Origin: Candidatus Latescibacterota bacterium
Lineage (GTDB): Bacteria > Latescibacterota > UBA2968 > UBA8231
Assembly (NCBI GenBank): GCA_965205655.1
Contig: CBDBIJ010000015.1
Location: 32,001 to 96,000, forward strand
Length of the DNA: 64,000 nucleotides
Direction: 5' to 3'
Both the position numbers and the translations under genes were made by a program. This document shows positions 61,368-64,000 of this stretch, piece after piece. Positions within the stretch are counted from its first letter, which is position 1. Each line of letters starts with the position of its first letter. The notes below the pieces were generated by a model, which was not told the DNA's origin, made no database searches, and saw only the letters and a program-made list of their open reading frames with translations.

Positions 61368-62300
61368 TCAGTTTGGTTCACCTCCCGCCCAATCGCGGGG
61401 CACGAGAAACCGCTCGTAGAGCTCCGCCTCGGGTGAGCCGGGTTCCGGTCGCCAGTCATAGCGCCAGTGAACCTGCGGCGGCATAGAGACGAGGATGGAT
61501 TCGGCGCGGCCGCCCGACTGCAGGCCGAACAAGGTGCCGCGGTCGTAGACGAGATTGAACTCGACGTAGCGGCCCCTCCGGTAGAGCTGGAAATCCCGTT
61601 CCCTGTCTGAAAACGGCATGTCCGTGCGCCGTTCGAGAATCGGCATGTAGGCCTGCAGGTAGTGCTCTCCGACACTCCTGGCAAATGCGAAGCTGCGCTC
61701 GAAGCCGCCGTCGTCGAAGTCGTCGAAAAACAGTCCGCCAATGCCTCGCGGCTCATTGCGGTGGGTGACGTAGAAGTACTCGTCGCACCATTTCTTCAGG
61801 CGCGCATATAAACCTACATCGAAGGCATCACAGGCCGTTTTCGCAGTTTGGTGCCAGTGGACGGCATCCTCGACAAAACCGTAGAACGGTGTCAGGTCGA
61901 ACCCCCCACCGAACCACCACGCGGCGTCCGCCCCCATTTTGGCTGGCGCGTAAAAGAATCGCAGATTGGCGTGTGATGTCGGCGCGTAGGGATTGAGCGG
62001 GTGGACGATAACGGACACTCCAATGGCCTCGAAGGGACGTCCCGCCAGATGCGGACGGCGGGCGGAGGCGGATGCCGGAAGCTGGTCTCCCGACACGTGG
62101 GAAAAGTTGACGCCTGCTCGCTCGATGACGGCGCCGTTCTCGAACACCCGGGAGCGCCCGCCACCTCCGCTGTCACGCCGCCAGTGATCGTCGCGGAATC
62201 GAGCATCGCCGCCCTCCGCGCGCTCGAGGGCGTCACAGACCTGGCTCTGAACAGTCGCGAGAAACTCTGTTACCGCTTCGATGTCGGGCGCATCACTCAT
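61368..62300 (-). CDS. hemF: Oxygen-dependent coproporphyrinogen III oxidase
   Basis: [43 protein letters not shown] and [25 protein letters not shown]. Confidence 0.98.
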   Translation of the reverse strand: MSDAPDIEAVTEFLATVQSQVCDALERAEGGDARFRDDHWRRDSGGGGRSRVFENGAVIERAGVNFSHVSGDQLPASASARRPHLAGRPFEAIGVSVIVHPLNPYAPTSHANLRFFYAPAKMGADAAWWFGGGFDLTPFYGFVEDAVHWHQTAKTACDAFDVGLYARLKKWCDEYFYVTHRNEPRGIGGLFFDDFDDGGFERSFAFARSVGEHYLQAYMPILERRTDMPFSDRERDFQLYRRGRYVEFNLVYDRGTLFGLQSGGRAESILVSMPPQVHWRYDWRPEPGSPEAELYERFLVPRDWAGGEPN

Positions 62301-62357
62301 GGAACATACGCAGGATGTCGTCGTCGACTGGACTCGCTGACGACAGGATGTCGTCCA

Positions 62358-63191
62358 TCAACCGGGCAGGTGCATGCCGTTGTTGAAACGCGTCAGCTCT
62401 ACGAGCAACGAGGGGAAGTCGATCCCCAGCCGCCTCTGCCATTGGGCGGCGCGGCGCGCCACTGCCTTCGCCGTGGTGGCGGGAGCGGTGGCGAAGGCCA
62501 GGGCGATACAGTTGAGCTTTCCCGCCACCGGCAGGTAGAGCGGCCGGGGATCGAAAGACCTCTCGAGGTTTTGCCGCACCGCGTCTTCTTCTTCTTTTCT
62601 GTGTCCGTACCACAGGTTGATGGCGAGAATCCCGGTCTCGGCGAGCAGCTGTCGGCATCGCGGAAAGAACTCGGGCGCCCGCACGGCCGGCGCCATGCCG
62701 GTGCTGTCGTGCAGGTCGACGATAATGACGTCGTAGCGTCGTGTGCCCGATGACGGACCAGTGTGCCGGGCGAGAAAGTCGCTGCCGTCCTCGCAGTGGA
62801 CGGTGTTTCGAGGATCGTCTGCGACCTCGAAAAAACGGCGCGCCACATCGAGCACCGCTGCTCGGCGCTCCACGGTATCGAGGTGGCAATCGGGAAACTG
62901 GGTGAGAAAAAACTTGACGAGCGATCCGCCGCCAAGCCCCAGCATCAACGCCGAGCGCGGCGGGCGCTCGGCGAACAGCAGACAGACCATGAGGCAGTGG
63001 GTGTAGGACAGGGCGAGGGCAGCCGGGTCGTTGAGGAACATGGTGGATTGGCGGGCCTGCGTGCCGAACTGAAGTGAGCGCAGCGCATTCGCCTCATCGA
63101 CGACGTCGATGATCCCCTCGTCATCCTCACAGCTGAAGATGACCTCACCACCACCTCTGTACGCCGGCCTCGACATGACTTTCTCCGACAA
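62358..63191 (-). CDS. Spermidine-synthase-like SAM-dependent methyltransferase
   Basis: RSLQFG...RQS, LSYTHCLM, LMLGLGGGSL, YDVIIVDL and GILAINLW. Confidence 0.85.
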   Translation of the reverse strand: MSEKVMSRPAYRGGGEVIFSCEDDEGIIDVVDEANALRSLQFGTQARQSTMFLNDPAALALSYTHCLMVCLLFAERPPRSALMLGLGGGSLVKFFLTQFPDCHLDTVERRAAVLDVARRFFEVADDPRNTVHCEDGSDFLARHTGPSSGTRRYDVIIVDLHDSTGMAPAVRAPEFFPRCRQLLAETGILAINLWYGHRKEEEDAVRQNLERSFDPRPLYLPVAGKLNCIALAFATAPATTAKAVARRAAQWQRRLGIDFPSLLVELTRFNNGMHLPG

Positions 63192-63194
63192 GGC

Positions 63195-64000
63195 CTAGGC
63201 GGCGCGGTTTCGCCACCGAGTGGCCAGAAAAGCGTCGCCGATGATCTGCCCGAAGTGAAAGGTGATGCATGGGATGACGATAAGCTCCTTGGCGTAGCCG
63301 GCAAGCGCTTCCTCGGGCACGAGGGCGAGTACGGTCATCGCTACCGGCAGCGTCTTTTGGCTGGCCATCAGCACGACCGCTTTACGCGCCGCCGGAGCCA
63401 GGCACAGCAGACGGCTGGCTGCGGCGTTGATCAAGAGGTAGACCACGTGAATGGCGAGCCCGGCGACGAACAAGATGAGAAGGCTGACGATAGCGATCTG
63501 GGTCATCCTCTCAGACGATTCGGAGAATTTCATCCAAGGAATCGAAATGAGCGCCAGATTGCTGAGCGTCGTCAGGGTCGAACGGTTGCGGTCGATCCAC
63601 ACCTCGGCGAAGCGCCTGAGGTAGTAGCCCACCGCGAGCGGCAGCAGCATGATGAAACACATCTTCACCAGCAGCGCCGTTGCCGACAGCTCTACATGGC
63701 CGATGGCGCCCAGAAGATAGGCGAGGACGAACGGCACGGTGAAGATCCCGACCGTGTTCGTCGAAACGGTGAGCAGCAGCGCCAGTGCCACGTTGCCACG
63801 AGCCTGGCCGGTCAGGGCGACTCCCGACGTCAGCGTCGTCGGCATGCAGCAAAACAGGGCCAGCCCCAGCTGGAAGCTGGCATCGAGCGGGACCTGGAAG
63901 GCGAGCGCCGTGCCTACCACCGGGGTCAGGAAGAGGATGGAGAAACTGCCCCATGCCGTGGCGCGCCAGGCCGAGAACGCGGCCTCGATCTCCTCCGTGC
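63195..64000 (-). CDS. Bile acid:sodium symporter family transporter (5' end outside the window)
   Basis: FCCMPTTLTSGVALT..ARGNVALALLLTV..N..GIFTVP and ASQKTLPVA; the ORF is open to the window edge. Confidence 0.88.
   Translation of the reverse strand, partial: TEEIEAAFSAWRATAWGSFSILFLTPVVGTALAFQVPLDASFQLGLALFCCMPTTLTSGVALTGQARGNVALALLLTVSTNTVGIFTVPFVLAYLLGAIGHVELSATALLVKMCFIMLLPLAVGYYLRRFAEVWIDRNRSTLTTLSNLALISIPWMKFSESSERMTQIAIVSLLILFVAGLAIHVVYLLINAAASRLLCLAPAARKAVVLMASQKTLPVAMTVLALVPEEALAGYAKELIVIPCITFHFGQIIGDAFLATRWRNRAA

Overview
High-GC bacterial chromosomal segment. The gene content (FlgD-Ig/T9SS-like C-terminal domains, cohesin/dockerin-like modules, a short FCB-type sigma-70) suggests an FCB-superphylum lineage such as Ca. 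Latescibacterota, but this is inference. Housekeeping genes include gltB/gltD with a divergent Lrp regulator, pntAA-pntAB-pntB, hpf, gltA, csp, a sigma factor, tRNA-Leu(CAA), nfeD-nfeD-floA, hrpA, a GH13 enzyme, a K+ channel and hemF. They are interspersed with envelope genes: an orphan secretin plus a lipoprotein, a ~1900-aa PorU/gingipain-like C25 protease, a ~1300-aa non-catalytic FN3-dockerin-cohesin-CTD protein and an OmpA-family protein. There are four IS elements: IS1182-like and IS1380 stacked between the RBS and start codon of pntB, and two IS30 copies, one of which interrupts an HDOD gene. About ten frameshifts and several gene remnants cluster at 5-8 kb and 40-56 kb; these may be decay or assembly error. 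The best candidates for new biology are a non-Bacteroidota CTD-based surface-assembly system, the orphan secretin with a long C-terminal extension, and a sigma54-driven small protein with a CRP-type site in the adjacent long intergenic region. No CRISPR array, rRNA or prophage was seen.
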